DNA of 64,000 nt from Eledone cirrhosa (GCA_964016885.1 OZ024762.1:13702001-13766000), one strand, 5' to 3'. Shown: positions 43,466 to 58,417, numbered from the stretch's first letter. The notes: generated from the sequence alone by a model not told the origin. A program made the numbers and translations.

Positions 43466-43562
43466 AGATTCTGGACCTCGACGGCTGGGCTCCGGCCGTT
43501 TCGATACCTAGAGCAGTCGTCGGGGTCCTGAATCTTTTCATATTACCCATTCTAACCCATTC
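43461..43562 (+). mobile_element. Family A variant fold-back
   Basis: TGAAAAGATTCTGGACCTCGACGGCTG / CAGTCGTCGGGGTCCTGAATCTTTTCA then TATTACCCA. Confidence 0.7.
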
Positions 43563-43615
43563 TAATTGCTGGCCTTGTGCCAAAAGTAGAAACAATTATT
43601 ATTATATATATATAA

Positions 43616-43808
43616 GGGCGGTGGATTGGCAGTAGAGGGTCGGACGCCATGCTTTGCAACAAAGAGTTACGTTCCTTTATGGTCTGAGTTCAAATCCCGC
43701 CGAGGTTAACTTTGCCTTTCATCCTTACGGGGTTCGATAAAATAAAGTACCAGTAATACACTGGGGTAATTTGCTGGCATTGTGCCAAAAGCAGAAACAA
43801 TTATTATC
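43616..43808 (+). mobile_element. Meta-like SINE, near full length
   Basis: GGCGGTGGATTGGCAG head, GAGTTCAAATCC B box, central domain, AGAAACAATTATTAT tail. Confidence 0.85.
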
Positions 43809-43849
43809 ATATAGTTGAAATAAAGTGTAATTTGATTATAAATATATCC

Positions 43850-44184
43850 ATGTATGGTCCCGTAACTGCTGATAGTCGTAGGGACGCCGTATTGACATAG
43901 GGCGACACTTGGGCACTTTAACCGTGGCGGAGCCCCCGTCCCCCCCCACTCTCCAGGCCTGAGTTCAGCAGATTTCTTCCAGAGAAAGATAGAAATTGAG
44001 AGAGAGGAAATGAGAAAGAGATATAGAGGAAGAATCGACCCCAGTACTTCACTGGTACTTGTTTTATCGACCTCGAAAGGATGAGAGGCAAAGTTGAGCT
44101 CGGCGGGATTTGAACTCAGAGAGCTGGAATGAATAGCATAAAGCGCTCTATCTGACCTTCTAACGACTCTGCCAATTCACCTCC
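43850..44184 (-). mobile_element. Meta-like SINE subfamily with alternative tail
   Basis: Reverse complement of the 30930-31260 layout. Confidence 0.7.
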
Positions 44185-44319
44185 TATATAGTAATGAAGG
44201 GTTTAAAACACCCAGGACACATCCTCTGAGATATATGTAACTATACATGAAGCCATGCTGGTCTACATAAGAATGAATCAGAAGAATATTATAAGATCGA
44301 AGACCTTTTTATTATTATT

Positions 44320-44428
44320 CCGCCGAGGTTGACTTTGCCTTTCATCCTTACGCGGTCTATAAAATAAAGTACCAGTAATACACTGGATAATTGCTGGCCT
44401 TGTGCCTAATGTAGAAACAATTATTATT
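44320..44428 (+). mobile_element. Meta-like SINE 3' part
   Basis: Central domain plus tail. Confidence 0.75.
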
Positions 44429-45276
44429 CCTGAAAGAGTCCTAGGCGAAAGATTCCTCAAACACTTCTTCCTGTGGATCCTCTCAGAAGAAACCGAGATT
44501 TGTTGGGGACAGATTCGTCAAACATACCTTCAAGGGGGTCCTGTCAGAAGCAACCGTCTCTAACTGACCGAGGTCCTTGTAATTAAGATAGGAAAGACCT
44601 TTGCGATGCAACGTTATGGGGACCCAGGAGGCTGAATATAAAGCAAGGTGTAGGTCGTAACAACAACAACAACAAAAACAATTCTATCACGCTGACGTGA
44701 AAGTTTGATCGCACTAATGATAAAGGTAAATCGATGACAAGGTGCGTCTCCCACCCCCCCCCCCCTCTCTCTCTCCCTCTCTCTCCCCCTCTCTCTCTCA
44801 TATATATATATTAACGTGTGTGTGTACGCGCACACACATTTATAATCAATATTTAAAGTCCGATCGCCCTGCGAGCAGGAGATTGAATGTGTGTGTGTAT
44901 GTATATGTGTAAGTGTACACACGCACGCATACACACATACATACATACATACATACATACATACATACATACATTCAAACTCTTGTAAACATACGTAAAA
45001 TAATATATATATATATATATATTATATAATGAACATTTCAAAACTTCGGTTACATTACACCTCAAAGTTTCCCCATTTCCGTTTCTTCAGGCAATCCATA
45101 TTTCCATGGTAAAGGCTACAATCATTTTAACATTTAGCATGAGGTATTGTATATAATACATTAATTGAAGATTCGGAAACCGTGAAACCTATACTTGCAT
45201 TGTAACTGAACAATAATGAACCTATTAAATTTATGCATACATATGTGTGTGTTTATGTATATATATATATACGTAT

Positions 45277-45310
<34 letters not shown>

Positions 45311-45567
45311 CACACATACATATATATTCATGCATGTTATATGTATATATATATATATATATATAGCACACACACGCACATAATTTTATAGATGCATATA
45401 TACCCATACATATAGATTTACTTATGCATATATATATGTATATATGCATATGTATATATATATATATATATGTACATATATATATATTCATAGAGATGCA
45501 TATATGTACCTATATATATATATATGTATATGTATATATATATATATGTATATGTATATGTATATAT

Positions 45568-45675
<108 letters not shown>

Positions 45676-45944
45676 ATATATATATATATATATATAATGA
45701 ATATATCCATACTGAGCGATGTTTCACTGGAGTGTGTGTGTATATGAGTGTGTGTGTGTGTGTGTGTGTGTGTATGAGTGTGTGAGAGTGTGTGTGTATA
45801 TGAGATTGTGTGTGAGAGAGAGTGACTTCAGTATAAAATGCCATCACTCACAAGAATTTAGTTCGTTTCGATTTCCAATGTTTTAAAGTTCAAATCTGGC
45901 CGGGGGCTGTCTTTGACTTTCATTTGTTCGTATCTGTGGTCTTA

Positions 45945-46712
45945 ATGGTTATAATGGTTGGTACTAGTTCTACTGTTGGTAGTTGTGGTGCTGATGGTTG
46001 TGGTATTGGTGGTAGTGGTACTGGTGGTCGTAGTAGTGTTGGTATTATTGGTCGTTGTGCTGGTATTAGTAGTTGTAGTGGTGATGTTTGTGGTACTTGT
46101 GGTAGTGGTACTTGTGGTAGTGTTGGTATTAGTGGTGGTGATGGTTGTGGTATTGGTGGTAGTGGTACTGGTGGTAGTGTTGGTATTATTGGTGGTTGTG
46201 CTGGTATTAGTAGTTGTAGTGGTGATGTTTGTGGTACTTGTGGTAGTGGTACTTGTGGTAGTGTTGGTATTAGTGGTGGTGATGGTTGTGGTACTTGTGG
46301 TAGTGGTACTTGTGGTAGTGTTGGTATTAGTGGTGGTGATGGTTGTGGTACTTGTGGTAGTGTTGGTATCAGTGGTTGTGGTGATGATGGTTGTGATATT
46401 GGTGGTAGTGTTGGTATTGGTGGTAGTGTTGGTATTAGTGGTGGTTGTGCTGGTATTGTTATTGGTGGTGGTGTTGGTATTAGTGGTGGTGATGGTTGTG
46501 GTATTGGTGGTACTGGTAGTTGTGGTAGTGCTGGTATTGGTGGCGGTAGTGCTGGTTTTGGTGGTGGTGTTGGTGGTACTTGTGGTAGTGTTGGTATTAG
46601 TAGTTGTGGTGGTGATGGTTAGGGTTGTGGTATTAGTGGTAGAGCTGGTGGTACTTGTGCTAGTGTTGATATTAGTAGTAATGCTTGTGTTGGGAGTTGT
46701 GGTGGTTTTGGG
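45945..46712. repeat. (GGT/AGT/TGT)-rich compound repeat
   Basis: Direct inspection; internal duplicated blocks. Confidence 0.9.
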
Positions 46713-47089
46713 TGTTCCGAAGTGCTATTAATGTGAAAATAATTAATTTTAACTAATTATAACTATTATAATTCCAATTAAAACTTATATATATCTTTCT
46801 ACCCCAATATGTGAACTTGGGTCCGTAAATCAGATAGACTGATCGATAACAGGCACTGATTGGAACCTCAAACTGATTAGAACAGTGTATTGATGTCCAC
46901 ATTATTCCGAGTTCGAATCACACCAGATAATTTGAAGGAAGGAGTCGATGAACATAAATACCAGTTATGTATTGGTGTAACAATTAAATTGATCATTTCT
47001 ATAGAGAGACAGACAAATATGCCTGGAACTACTTATGTTCGAGTCTTACGTTCTGATAAGTAGCGTTACTCGAGAGTGTGTGCAGTTTG

Positions 47090-48665
47090 GTGAGAGGGAG
47101 CTGTTACAGGTCGAGCTGTTATTTCTCCGAATTGAGAGAACACAGATTCGATGTTACAGGCATGTGGTTAGAGTGCCTTAGGAAAGAATCGTTGGGCAGA
47201 TTTATATGGGGTTTCTCCGAAGGCTCTTTGGAGTAAAGTTACTTGATAGGGTGCGTAGCTCAGAAATCTCGGAGTCTCTACTTCTGCGAATTGAGAGATC
47301 ACAGCTTCCATATTACATCATGGGGTTAGAATGTCTCGGGGAAAGAATCACTGGAAAGTCCCTCCAGGTAGAGTCTCTACTTCTCCGAATTGAGAGATCA
47401 CAGCTTCGATATTACATCATGAGGTTAGAATGTCTCGGAGAGTCTCTACTTCTCCGAATTGAGAGATCACAGTTTCGATATTACATCATGGAGTTAGAAT
47501 GTCTCTGGGAAAGAATCACTGGAAAGTCCCTCCAGGTAGAGTCTCTACTTCTCTGAATTGAGAGATCACAGTTTCGATATTACATCATGGAGTTAGAATG
47601 TCTCTGGGAAAGAATCACTGGAAAGTCCCTCCAGGTAGAGTCTCTACTTCTCCGAATTGAGAGATCACAGTTTCGATATTACATCATGGAGTTAGAATGT
47701 CTGGGGGAAAGAATTACTGGAAAGTCCCTCCAGGTAGAGTCTCTACTTCTCCGAATTGAGAGATCACAGTTTCGATATTACATCATGGAGTTAGAATGTC
47801 TCTGGGAAAGAATCACTGGAAAGTCCCTCCAGGTAGAGTCTCTACTTCTCCGAATTGAGAGATCACAGTTTCGATATTACATCATGGAGTTAGAATGTCT
47901 CTGGGAAAGAATCACTGGAAAGTCCCTCCAGGTAGAGTCTCTACTTCTCCGAATTGAGAGATCACAGTTTCGATATTACATCATGGAGTTAGAATGTCTC
48001 TGGGAAAGAATCACTGGAAAGTCCCTCCAGGTAGAGTCTCTACTTCTCCGAATTGAGAGATCACAGCTTCGATATTACATCATGGAGTGAGAATGTCTCG
48101 GGGAAAGAATCACTGGAAAGTCTCTCCAGGTAGAGTCTCTACTTCTCCGAATTGAGAGATCACAGTTTCGATATTACATCATGAGGTTAGAAAGTCTCTG
48201 GGATAGAATCACTGGAAAGTCCCTCCAGGTAGAGTCTCTACTTCTCCGAATTGAGAGATTACAGCTTCGATATTACATCATGGAGTTAGAATGTCTCTGG
48301 GAAAGAATCACTGGAAAGTCCCTCCAGGTAGAGTCTCTACTTCTCCGAATTGAGAGATCACAGCTTCGAAAGAATCACTGGAAAGTCCCTCCAGGTAGAG
48401 TCTCTACTTCTCCGAATTGAGAGATCACAGCTCCGATACTTTGGGCATGTGGTTTGAATGTCTCGGGGAAAGAATTACTGGACCTACTACCAACCGACAG
48501 GTGAACCAATGGTAGACCCCGAGCAAGATAGTTGGATAACGTTCGTAAGTTTGACTGGTCCCACTTAGGGATACAGTCGGATTAGTTGGAGACGGTTGCT
48601 CCTGACAGGACCTGCTGGGGGGCGTGAGTGGGGGATTCTGCTCCTATGATCCTCTAAGGAATAAG
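47090..48665 (+). pseudogene. RTE-clade LINE 3' relic (post-RT C-terminal region)
   Basis: Translates to MGFLRRLFGVKLLDRVRSSEI..LLLRIERSQLRYFGHVV..GRPRAR*LDNV, the typical RTE ORF end, with stops and frameshifts. Confidence 0.8.
47272..48480 (+). repeat. 99-bp tandem array derived from RTE coding sequence (13 unit starts)
   Basis: GAGTCTCTACTTCT recurs at 47272, 47371, 47440, 47539 and then every 99 bp to 48331, then 48398. Confidence 0.95.
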
Positions 48666-48689
48666 TTGGCGAAGGAGAGGTAGAAGATA

Positions 48690-49033
48690 TTTTGAGGTTA
48701 ACTTCGCCTTTATTCCTTCGATGAGTCTATAAAATAAAGTACCAGTCATGTACTGGTGCCAATGTAATCGTGAGGCCGTCGCATATGCGTTTTATGTTTA
48801 ATGTTTCCATGGAGCGGTCGATTGGCAGAAACTGTTAAAGCGTCGGGTAGATACCTCACTGTAATCGTTCCACTACTCAGCAGTCTGAGTTCAAATCCTA
48901 GCAGGGTCAACTACTTAACTTTTCATACTTTCGGGGGTTGATGAAATAAAGTATCAATTAAATATTGGGATCTATATAGACTTTTCCATCGCCCCAAATT
49001 ACTGCCCTTGTGCCTAATATAGAAACCTTTATT
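48690..49033 (+). mobile_element. Two diverged Meta-like SINE copies
   Basis: Fragment 48690-48765 and a longer copy from 48811 with B box GAGTTCAAATCC. Confidence 0.65.
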
Positions 49034-50140
49034 AATCTTTTCATTACCATATTTTTAATTACACAACACCCTGTTTCGTTTAATTAATGAAGAATTTGGT
49101 GGAATGTCTTCAAATTAATTCATTATCAAGGCGGCATTTGTAACATAACTTAATAAAAAGTTCCCATATAAAATTATGTTGGTAGATTTTTAATTTAAAT
49201 ATGAGCCCTTCAACTAAGCATTTCAAGGATTTACTAAAATTATTTAATATAATTTAAACAAATGTGTAAGGAAGCTAGACAATGTGAAATGGACGGTAAA
49301 ATGAAAGCAAGGAAAAAGTTTAACTCGTATTTATTATTAGTTATTTTTACAGTTTTCGTCTTATTATTTCGGGACTTAAAATCCCTTCTTCAATGTATGG
49401 GGAACTCTCAGAACAAAATTCTCCGGTCTTATCGCTTTGAAGTTTGATTTAAATTAATTTAATAAATTTAATCATTGCCATGATATTTTTAACGTTATTT
49501 AAAATGTTTTTATATAAAATTATATTGGAAGATTTTAAATAGCAACTCTTTACTGAAGATTTGAGAAGGGTTTATCAAATGTATAAATTTGGTAATTTTA
49601 ACATAAAAGATTCTTGAATTAAATTATGTTGGACATTTTAAATTTATATAAACACCGTTTTTACTGAAGAATTTATAGGGATTTGCTATAATTTTGTATT
49701 TAATTATTAAGGCAGTAATAACTTGTGAGAATGTATAATTATGTAGGAATATTTTAATTTAAATAGGAACCCTTTAATATAGATGGAGTTATTTTTATAG
49801 AACTAGAAGCGGTTTGAGTACAGGCTGGTATCAAATGGGATGAAAGGGCCTATGGAATACCTATCGAATTCAGGTATTTAATATATACAAAAAGGGTCCG
49901 ATCTTCAGATCAGACCAAGGAAACAATGTTTCCATAGGTCTTTCTATTGCTGGTATTATGAGGACTGTTTAAGGAAATCTCCCAAATACGTTGCTCCAGC
50001 TGGACTGGTAAATTATTGATCCTGACCAGGATTCGAACTCAGTTCATGGCGCTGTACCGGACATCGTGATATTTATTCCGAAGTTCTAAAGAATCTGCCA
50101 CTTCGCCGCCTAATATGGCATACATAGTCATAAATATGTA

Positions 50141-50179
<39 letters not shown>

Positions 50180-50455
50180 TCTCTCTCTCTCTCTATCTCT
50201 CTCTCTCTCTCTCTCTCTCATAATTGAATATATGTGTGTATGTATATATTATTGATGATTTGCTTCGAATGAAACGGTTCTAGTCCCGTAGAAGGCATTT
50301 AAAAAAAAAATGTGTGTGTGTGTGTGTGTGTGTGTACGTACGTCTATAACTATATATATGTATATATCATGGAACCTATAACTGTAACCTTACACACATG
50401 CAGTTATAGGTTAGATATATACACATATATAGTTATAAGCATACACACACGCATA

Positions 50456-50493
<38 letters not shown>

Positions 50494-50531
50494 GAAATAT
50501 GTTGGCTTCATGCTCACAATAATTTCTATAC

Positions 50532-50595
<64 letters not shown>

Positions 50596-50816
50596 GTCTC
50601 TCTCCCTACATATATATATATATATATATCTTTACATATATGCTTATATATACATATAATCTTACAGCTATATATACTGTATATATAACTATATATAGTT
50701 AAATATACATATATATATATGTATATATACATGTATATATACATATACATGTATATATACATATATATATATGTATATATACATGTATATATACATATAT
50801 ATATATGTATATATAC

Positions 50817-50848
<32 letters not shown>

Positions 50849-51443
50849 AATGCATTCATCGTTCATTTTAACACATGGAATAGAATTTCTGAACATCAAA
50901 AACTTGTGTGTTATATCGAAGGGACGATCGTGTGTGTCTCTGTATGTCTGTGTATGTCTGTGTGTGTATGTCTGTGTGTGTATGTCTGTGTGTGTATGTC
51001 TGTGTGTGTATGTCTGTGTCTGTGTGTGTGTGTCTGTGTGTGTATGTCTGTGTGTGTATGTCTGTGTGTGTGTCTGTGTGTGTGTCTGTGTCTGTGTGTC
51101 TGTGTGTGTATGTCTGTGTATGTCTGTGTGTGTGTATGTCTGTGTGTGTGTCTGTGTGCGTGTGTTGGTTTAGTTCTGTCAACCACTCAAAACACCTAAA
51201 ATCTCATCTCACTCTCTCTCTCTGTCTCTCTGTCTCTGACACTCTCTCTCTGTCTCTGACACTCTCTCTCTGTCTCTCTCTCTCTGTCTCACTCTCTCTC
51301 CATCTCACATTCTCTCCATCTCACTCTCTCTCCATCTCACTCACTCTCTCTCTCTCCATCTCACTCTCTCTCTCTCCATCTCACTCTCATTCTCTCTCTC
51401 TCTATCTCACTCTCTCATTCTCTCTCTCTCACTCTCTCATTCT

Positions 51444-51479
<36 letters not shown>

Positions 51480-51693
51480 CTCTCTCTCTCTCCATCTCAC
51501 TCTCTCATTCTCTCTCTCTCTCCATCTCACTCTCTCTGTCTCTATCTCTTTTTCTCCATCTCATTCTCTCCATCTCTCTCCATCTCACTCTCACGTTCTC
51601 TCCATCTCATTCTCTCTCTCTACATCTCACTCTCTCTCTCTACATCTCACTCTCTCTCTCTCCATCTCACTCTCTCATTCTCTCCATCTCACT

Positions 51694-51745
<52 letters not shown>

Positions 51746-51751
51746 ATCTCT

Positions 51752-51782
<31 letters not shown>

Positions 51783-52114
51783 CATCTCTCCATCTCTTCC
51801 TCATTCTCTCTCTCCATCTCTCCATCTCTTCCTCATTCTCTCTCTCTTTCATTCTCTTTTTCATTCTTTCTCACCCCTCTCTCTTTATCTCTCTCTCTCA
51901 CCCTCTCTCTCTCCCTCTCTCACTATTTAACCTAAAACCTCGTAACTAAGTCAATCTATTGTTTGATGGCTGATTGATCTATCGATTAATATCAAACTAC
52001 CGATATATATATATATATTGTATCATTGACAGATGTATCGATTCATTGATATATGAGTTGATTGATCTGTTTTTATAGCCAGCGATTGTGACGGCTTTCT
52101 GTTAAGTAAATGAT

Positions 52115-52177
<63 letters not shown>

Positions 52178-52792
52178 GTACACACAGAGGTACACACACA
52201 CGCACACAGGCACACACACACACGTACGCACACGAACTGACGCACGTACACATGCACCCACATGCACCGAGGTGTGTACATACGCACGGATGCGTACACA
52301 TACGCACACATGCACACATACACACACACGCGTACGCACACGCACACATACATACAGAGGCGCGTAACATGCAAACACATATAGAGGTACGTAAACACAC
52401 ACACACAAAGGCACGTATGCACTCGCACAAACGCACAGCGGCACTTACGTACACACATACACACACATACACAGAATCGCGTACACATGCACGCATACGC
52501 ACTCAATTACACGCATACAGAGAAGCACGTAACATGCAGGCACACACACAGAGGTACACGTACAAGCAAGCACACACACTCACACTCGCACACACACACA
52601 CTCGCACACACACTCGCACGCACACTCGCACATACTCACACGCACACGCACGCACGCACGCACCCACGCACGAACGCACACACGCACAGAGGTACCCGAA
52701 AACGCACACACACACACGCGCAGGCCACACATCCACACGCAAAGACATGCAGAGAAACTCGCAAACCACACAGGCACAAACACACACACACA

Positions 52793-52870
<78 letters not shown>

Positions 52871-52885
52871 CACACAGGCACACAG

Positions 52886-52952
<67 letters not shown>

Positions 52953-53245
52953 CACACACACACACACGCAACGCATACAACACACACAACCATGCAATAT
53001 TGCTTTTATATACAAATGTGTTAATACCTCTTAAATCTTGTAATGTACAAATAGTATTGATATAAATTGTGTGTGTGTGTATACTGTATATATATATATA
53101 TATATATAGTGTGTGTGTGTATATATATACTGTATATATATAAATATAGCGTGTGTATATATATACTGTATATATATATATATATATATATAGTGTGTGT
53201 GTGTGTGTATATCTATATATATATATATATATACACACACACTCA

Positions 53246-53287
<42 letters not shown>

Positions 53288-53313
53288 ATATATATACACT
53301 GTATAAATATATA

Positions 53314-53355
<42 letters not shown>

Positions 53356-53380
53356 TATATATATGTATATATATATAGTG

Positions 53381-53445
<65 letters not shown>

Positions 53446-53446
53446 A

Positions 53447-53479
<33 letters not shown>

Positions 53480-53521
53480 GTGTGTGTGTGTGTATGTATA
53501 TATATATATATAGGCAGGGTC

Positions 53522-53552
<31 letters not shown>

Positions 53553-53949
53553 ATATTAGTTGTATACATCGGCTGCAAGCGCATTTCTTAATGCACACAA
53601 ATATACATACATACATACACATATATATATATATGTATGTGTGAAGGTAATAAGTTCCTCAATACACACATTTCAATTAATGCATGCACACGCACGCGCA
53701 CAAACGCACACACTCGCACGCACAAACACAAACGCGCACGCACACACGCACACGCACGCACACACACACACACACAAACACACGCATGCGCACACGCGCA
53801 CGCGTACGCACACAGACACACACAGACACACACACTCGATTACACTTGGCCCCAGTCACAAAGTTAAAGAAATGGTAAGATAGATCGATACTTTGATGTG
53901 TGTGTCTGTCGTTTGTTGTGTGTGTGTGTGTGTGTGTTGTGTGTGTGTG

Positions 53950-53988
<39 letters not shown>

Positions 53989-54115
53989 TCCGCAATGGGA
54001 CATCTTTTGAAATAAAAAATATGCTGTACGAAATAGTTCTATGTTGTACATGTATGTATAATGTATACAAGCACCAACATGTGTGTATATATATGTATAT
54101 AAAGTGTAGGTATAC

Positions 54116-54155
<40 letters not shown>

Positions 54156-54262
54156 TTAGGTATTTGAGGTATGTGTGTAATATCTTTGTTCACTCACAAA
54201 TATATATATATATATATGTATGTATATATATGTATATATATGTATGTATATATATGTATGTA

Positions 54263-54295
<33 letters not shown>

Positions 54296-55015
54296 ATATA
54301 TATATATATATATGTATATATATGTATGTAATATATATATATATATGTATATATATGTATGTAATATATGTATATATATGAATGTAATATATATATATAT
54401 ATGTATGTAATATATGTATATATATGAATGTAATATATATATATATATGAATGTAATATATATATATATATGTATGTAATATATGTATATATATGAATGT
54501 AATATATATATATATATGTATGTAATATATGTATATATATGAATGTAATATATATATATATATGTATGTAATATATGTATATATATGAATGTAATATATA
54601 TATATATATGAATGTAATATATATATATGTATGTAATATATATATATATATATGAATGTAATATATATATATATATGTATATATATGAATGCTATATATA
54701 TATATATATGTATGTAATATATGTATATATATGAATGCTATATATATATATATATGTAATATATGTATATATATGTATGTAATATATGTATATATATGTA
54801 TGTAATATATGTATATGTATGTAATATATATATATATATGTATGTAATATATATATATATATGTATGTAATATATATATGTATGTAATATATATATATAT
54901 ATGTATGTAATACATGTATATATATGTATGTAATATATGTATATATATGAATGCGATATATGTATATATATGTATGTAATATATGTATATATATATATGT
55001 ATATAAAGTGTAGGT

Positions 55016-55085
<70 letters not shown>

Positions 55086-55334
55086 CATTAGGTATTTGAG
55101 GTATGTGTGTAATATCTTTATGTTCACTCACAAACATATATATATATATATATATGAATGTAATATATGTATGTAATATATGTATATAATATATGTATAT
55201 ATATGTATGCGATATATATATGTGTATATATAGTGTAGGTATACATATCGATTACACACACACGCCTCAAGATTAAACGATACAAATTTAGTCTTTTGAG
55301 TTTCAAGCTTGTTGGAAAACTGTGGAATGTCGTG

Positions 55335-57640
55335 AGAGAGAGGGGAAGAGAGTATTTACTGTGAGTGAGAGAGGGAGAGAGAGTATTTACTGTGAGAGAG
55401 AGGGAGTGAGAGTATTTACTGTGAGAGAGAGAGGGGAAGAGAGTATTTACTGTGAGAGAGAGAGGGAGGAAGAGAGTATTTACTGTGAGAGAGAGAGGGA
55501 GAGAGAGAGTATTTACTGTGAGAGAGAGGGAGTGAGAGTATTTACTGTGAGAGAGAGAGGGAGTGAGAGTATTTACTGTGAGAGAGAGAGAGGGGGAGAG
55601 AGTATTTACTGTGAGAGAGAGATGGAGAGAGAGTATTTACTGTGTGAGAGAGAGGAAGAGAGTATTTACTGTGAGAGAGAGAGGGAGAGAGAGAGAGTAT
55701 TTACTGTGAGAGAGAGAGGGAGAGAGAGTATTTACTGTGAGAGAGAGAGGGGAAGAGAGTATTTACTGTGAGAGAGAGAGGGAGAGAGAGTATTTACTGT
55801 GTGAGAGAGGGAGAGAGAGTATTTACTGTGTGTGAGAGAGGGAGAGAGTATTTACTGTGTGAGAGAGAGGGAGAGAGAGTATTTACTGAGAGAGAGGGAG
55901 AGAGTATTTACTGTGAGAGAGAGAGGGAGAGAGAGTATTTACTGTGTGAGAGAGGGAGAGAGAGTATTTACTGTGTGAGAGAGGGAGAAAGAGTATTTAC
56001 TGTGTGTGAGAGATGGAGAGTGAGTATTTACTGTGTGAGAGAGAGGGAGAGAGTATTTACTGAGAGAGAGGGAGAGAGTATTTACTGTGAGAGAGAGAGG
56101 GAGAAGAGTATTTACTGTGTGTGAGAGAGGGAGAGAGTATTTACTGTGAGAGAGAGGGAGATAGTATTTACTGTGAGAGAGGGAGACAGAGTATTTACTG
56201 TGAGAGAGAGAGGGAGAGAGTATTTACTGTGTGAGAGAGAGGGTAAGAGTATTTACTGTGTGAGAGAGAGGGAGAGAGAGTATTTACTGTGAGGGAGAGA
56301 GGAAGAAGAGTATTTACTGTGTGTGAGAGAGGGAGAGAGTATTTACTGTGAGAGAGAGAGGAAGAGAGTATTTACTGTGAGAGAGAGGAAGAGAGTATTT
56401 ACTGTGAGAGAGAGAGGGAGAGAGAGTATTTACTGTGTGGGAGAGGGAGAGAGAGAATTTGTACTGTGGCCGTGTGTGAGAGAGAGAGAGGGAATAGTGT
56501 GTATGTGTGAGAGAATAGTGTGTGTGTGTGAGAATAGTGTGTGTGTGTGTGAGAGAATAGTGTGTGTGTGAGAGAATAGTGTGTGTGTGAGAGAATAGTG
56601 TGTGTGTGTGAGAATAGTGTGTGTGTGTGAGAGAATAGTGTGTGTGTGTGTGAGAGAAAGAGAATAGTGTCTGTGAGTGAGAGAGAGAATAGTGTATGTG
56701 AGAGAATAGTGTGTGTGAGAATAGTGTGTGTGAGAGAATAGTGTGTGAGAGAATAGTGTGTGTGAGAGAATAGTGTGTGTGAGAGAATAGTGTGTGTGAG
56801 AGAATAGTGTGTGTGAGAGAATAGTGTGTGTGAGAGAATAGTGTGTGTGAGAGAATAGTGTGTGTGAGAGAATAGTGTGTGTGAGAGAATAGTGTGTGTG
56901 AGAGAATAGTGTGTGTGAGAGAATAGTGTGTGTGAGAGAATAGTGTGTGTGAGAGAATAGTGTGTGTGTGTGTGTGTGTGTGAGAGAATAGTGTGTGTGT
57001 GTGTGAGAGAATAGTGTGTGTGTGTGAGAGAATAGTGTGTGTGAGTGTGAGAGAATAGTGTGTGTGTGTGTGAGAGAATAGTGTGTGTGTGTGTGAGAGA
57101 ATAGTGTGTGTGTGTGTGAGAGAATAGTGTGTGTGTGTGTGAGAGAATAGTGTGTGTGTGTGTGAGAGAATAGTGTGTGTGTGTGAGAGAATAGTGTGTG
57201 TGAGTGAGAGAATAGTGTGTGTGTGAGAGAGTATTTTATGTGTGAGAATATAGTGTGTGTGAGAGAATAGTGTGTGTGTGTGTGTGAGTATTTTGTGTGT
57301 GAGAGAATAGTGTGTGTGTGTGTGAGAGTATTTTGTGTGTGAGTAGAGAATAGTGTGTGAGTGTGAGAGAATAGTGTGTGTGTGTGAGAGAGAGAATAGT
57401 GTGTGTGTGAGAGAATAGTGTGTGTGTGTGTGAGAGAGAGAGAATAGTGTGTGTGTGTGTGAGAGAATAGTGTGTGTGTGAGTGAGAGAATAGTGTGTGT
57501 GAGTGAGAATAGTGTGTGTGTGTGTGAGTGAGAATAGTGTGTGTGTGTGTGTGTGTGTGAGAGAATAGTGTGTGTGTGTGTGAGAGAGAGAATAGTGTGT
57601 GTGTGAGAGAATAGTGTGTGTGTGTGAGAGAGAGAGAGAG
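55335..57640. repeat. Two adjacent microsatellite-derived arrays
   Basis: GTATTTACTGT+(GA)n units to about 56460, then GAGAGAATAGTGTGTGT units (17-bp core). Confidence 0.9.
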
Positions 57641-57943
57641 GGGGGGAGATGACAATATTGTATTTGATAAATATCAATAACTATGAATGTGTTGTAACCG
57701 GCATCGATTTGTAAATATTAGGATGTTTTGTGTACAAACGCAGGCAGACATACACACCAACATACACACACACCAACACACACACACACACCAACATACA
57801 CACACACCAACACACACATATATACACACGTGTGAGTGCGTAAAATTGGTGTGTATGTATATATATATAAAATGTATGAATCCATGTTTGTGTGTATGTA
57901 TACATATATATATATAATGTGTGTATCCATATATATATATATA

Positions 57944-58010
<67 letters not shown>

Positions 58011-58013
<3 letters not shown>

Positions 58014-58068
58014 CACATTCAGGACACCGACGGCTGAGCTCCGGCTGTTTCAACAGCTAGATCCGAAC
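58011..58068 (-). mobile_element. Family A variant solo arm
   Basis: GGACACCGACGGCTGAGCTCCGGCTGTTTC after (TA)n. Confidence 0.6.
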
Positions 58069-58276
58069 ATGCCTATACACACGCACACACACACACACAT
58101 GCATATATACATACATACATACATACTTGCGTGTGGACGTACATATATACACGTACACACTCATGCACGTACTATCACATGCACAAGCATGCATATACCT
58201 ATCAATATAAAAACACATATACACACATGCAATTGCGCACATAGACACGCACACACACACATGCGTATAGTCATGC

Positions 58277-58321
<45 letters not shown>

Positions 58322-58371
58322 CACATGATATATATAAACAAACACCAAAATTAACACCACGCGCCGTACGC

Positions 58372-58417
<46 letters not shown>

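Noticed and set aside
45060-45095. Minus-strand CTGAAGA...GAAACTTT hammerhead-like motif
   Set aside because: Stems I and II pair poorly; at best a highly decayed remnant.
45924-46731. Gly/Cys/Ser-rich ORF resembling a keratin-associated or structural protein
   Set aside because: NGT trinucleotide repeat, open in two frames, beginning in a SINE fragment; similar tracts elsewhere in the window look non-coding. Cannot be fully excluded without RNA data.
47206-48420. Novel 33-aa repeat protein gene
   Set aside because: Derived from a broken RTE LINE, interrupted by stops, no splice support.
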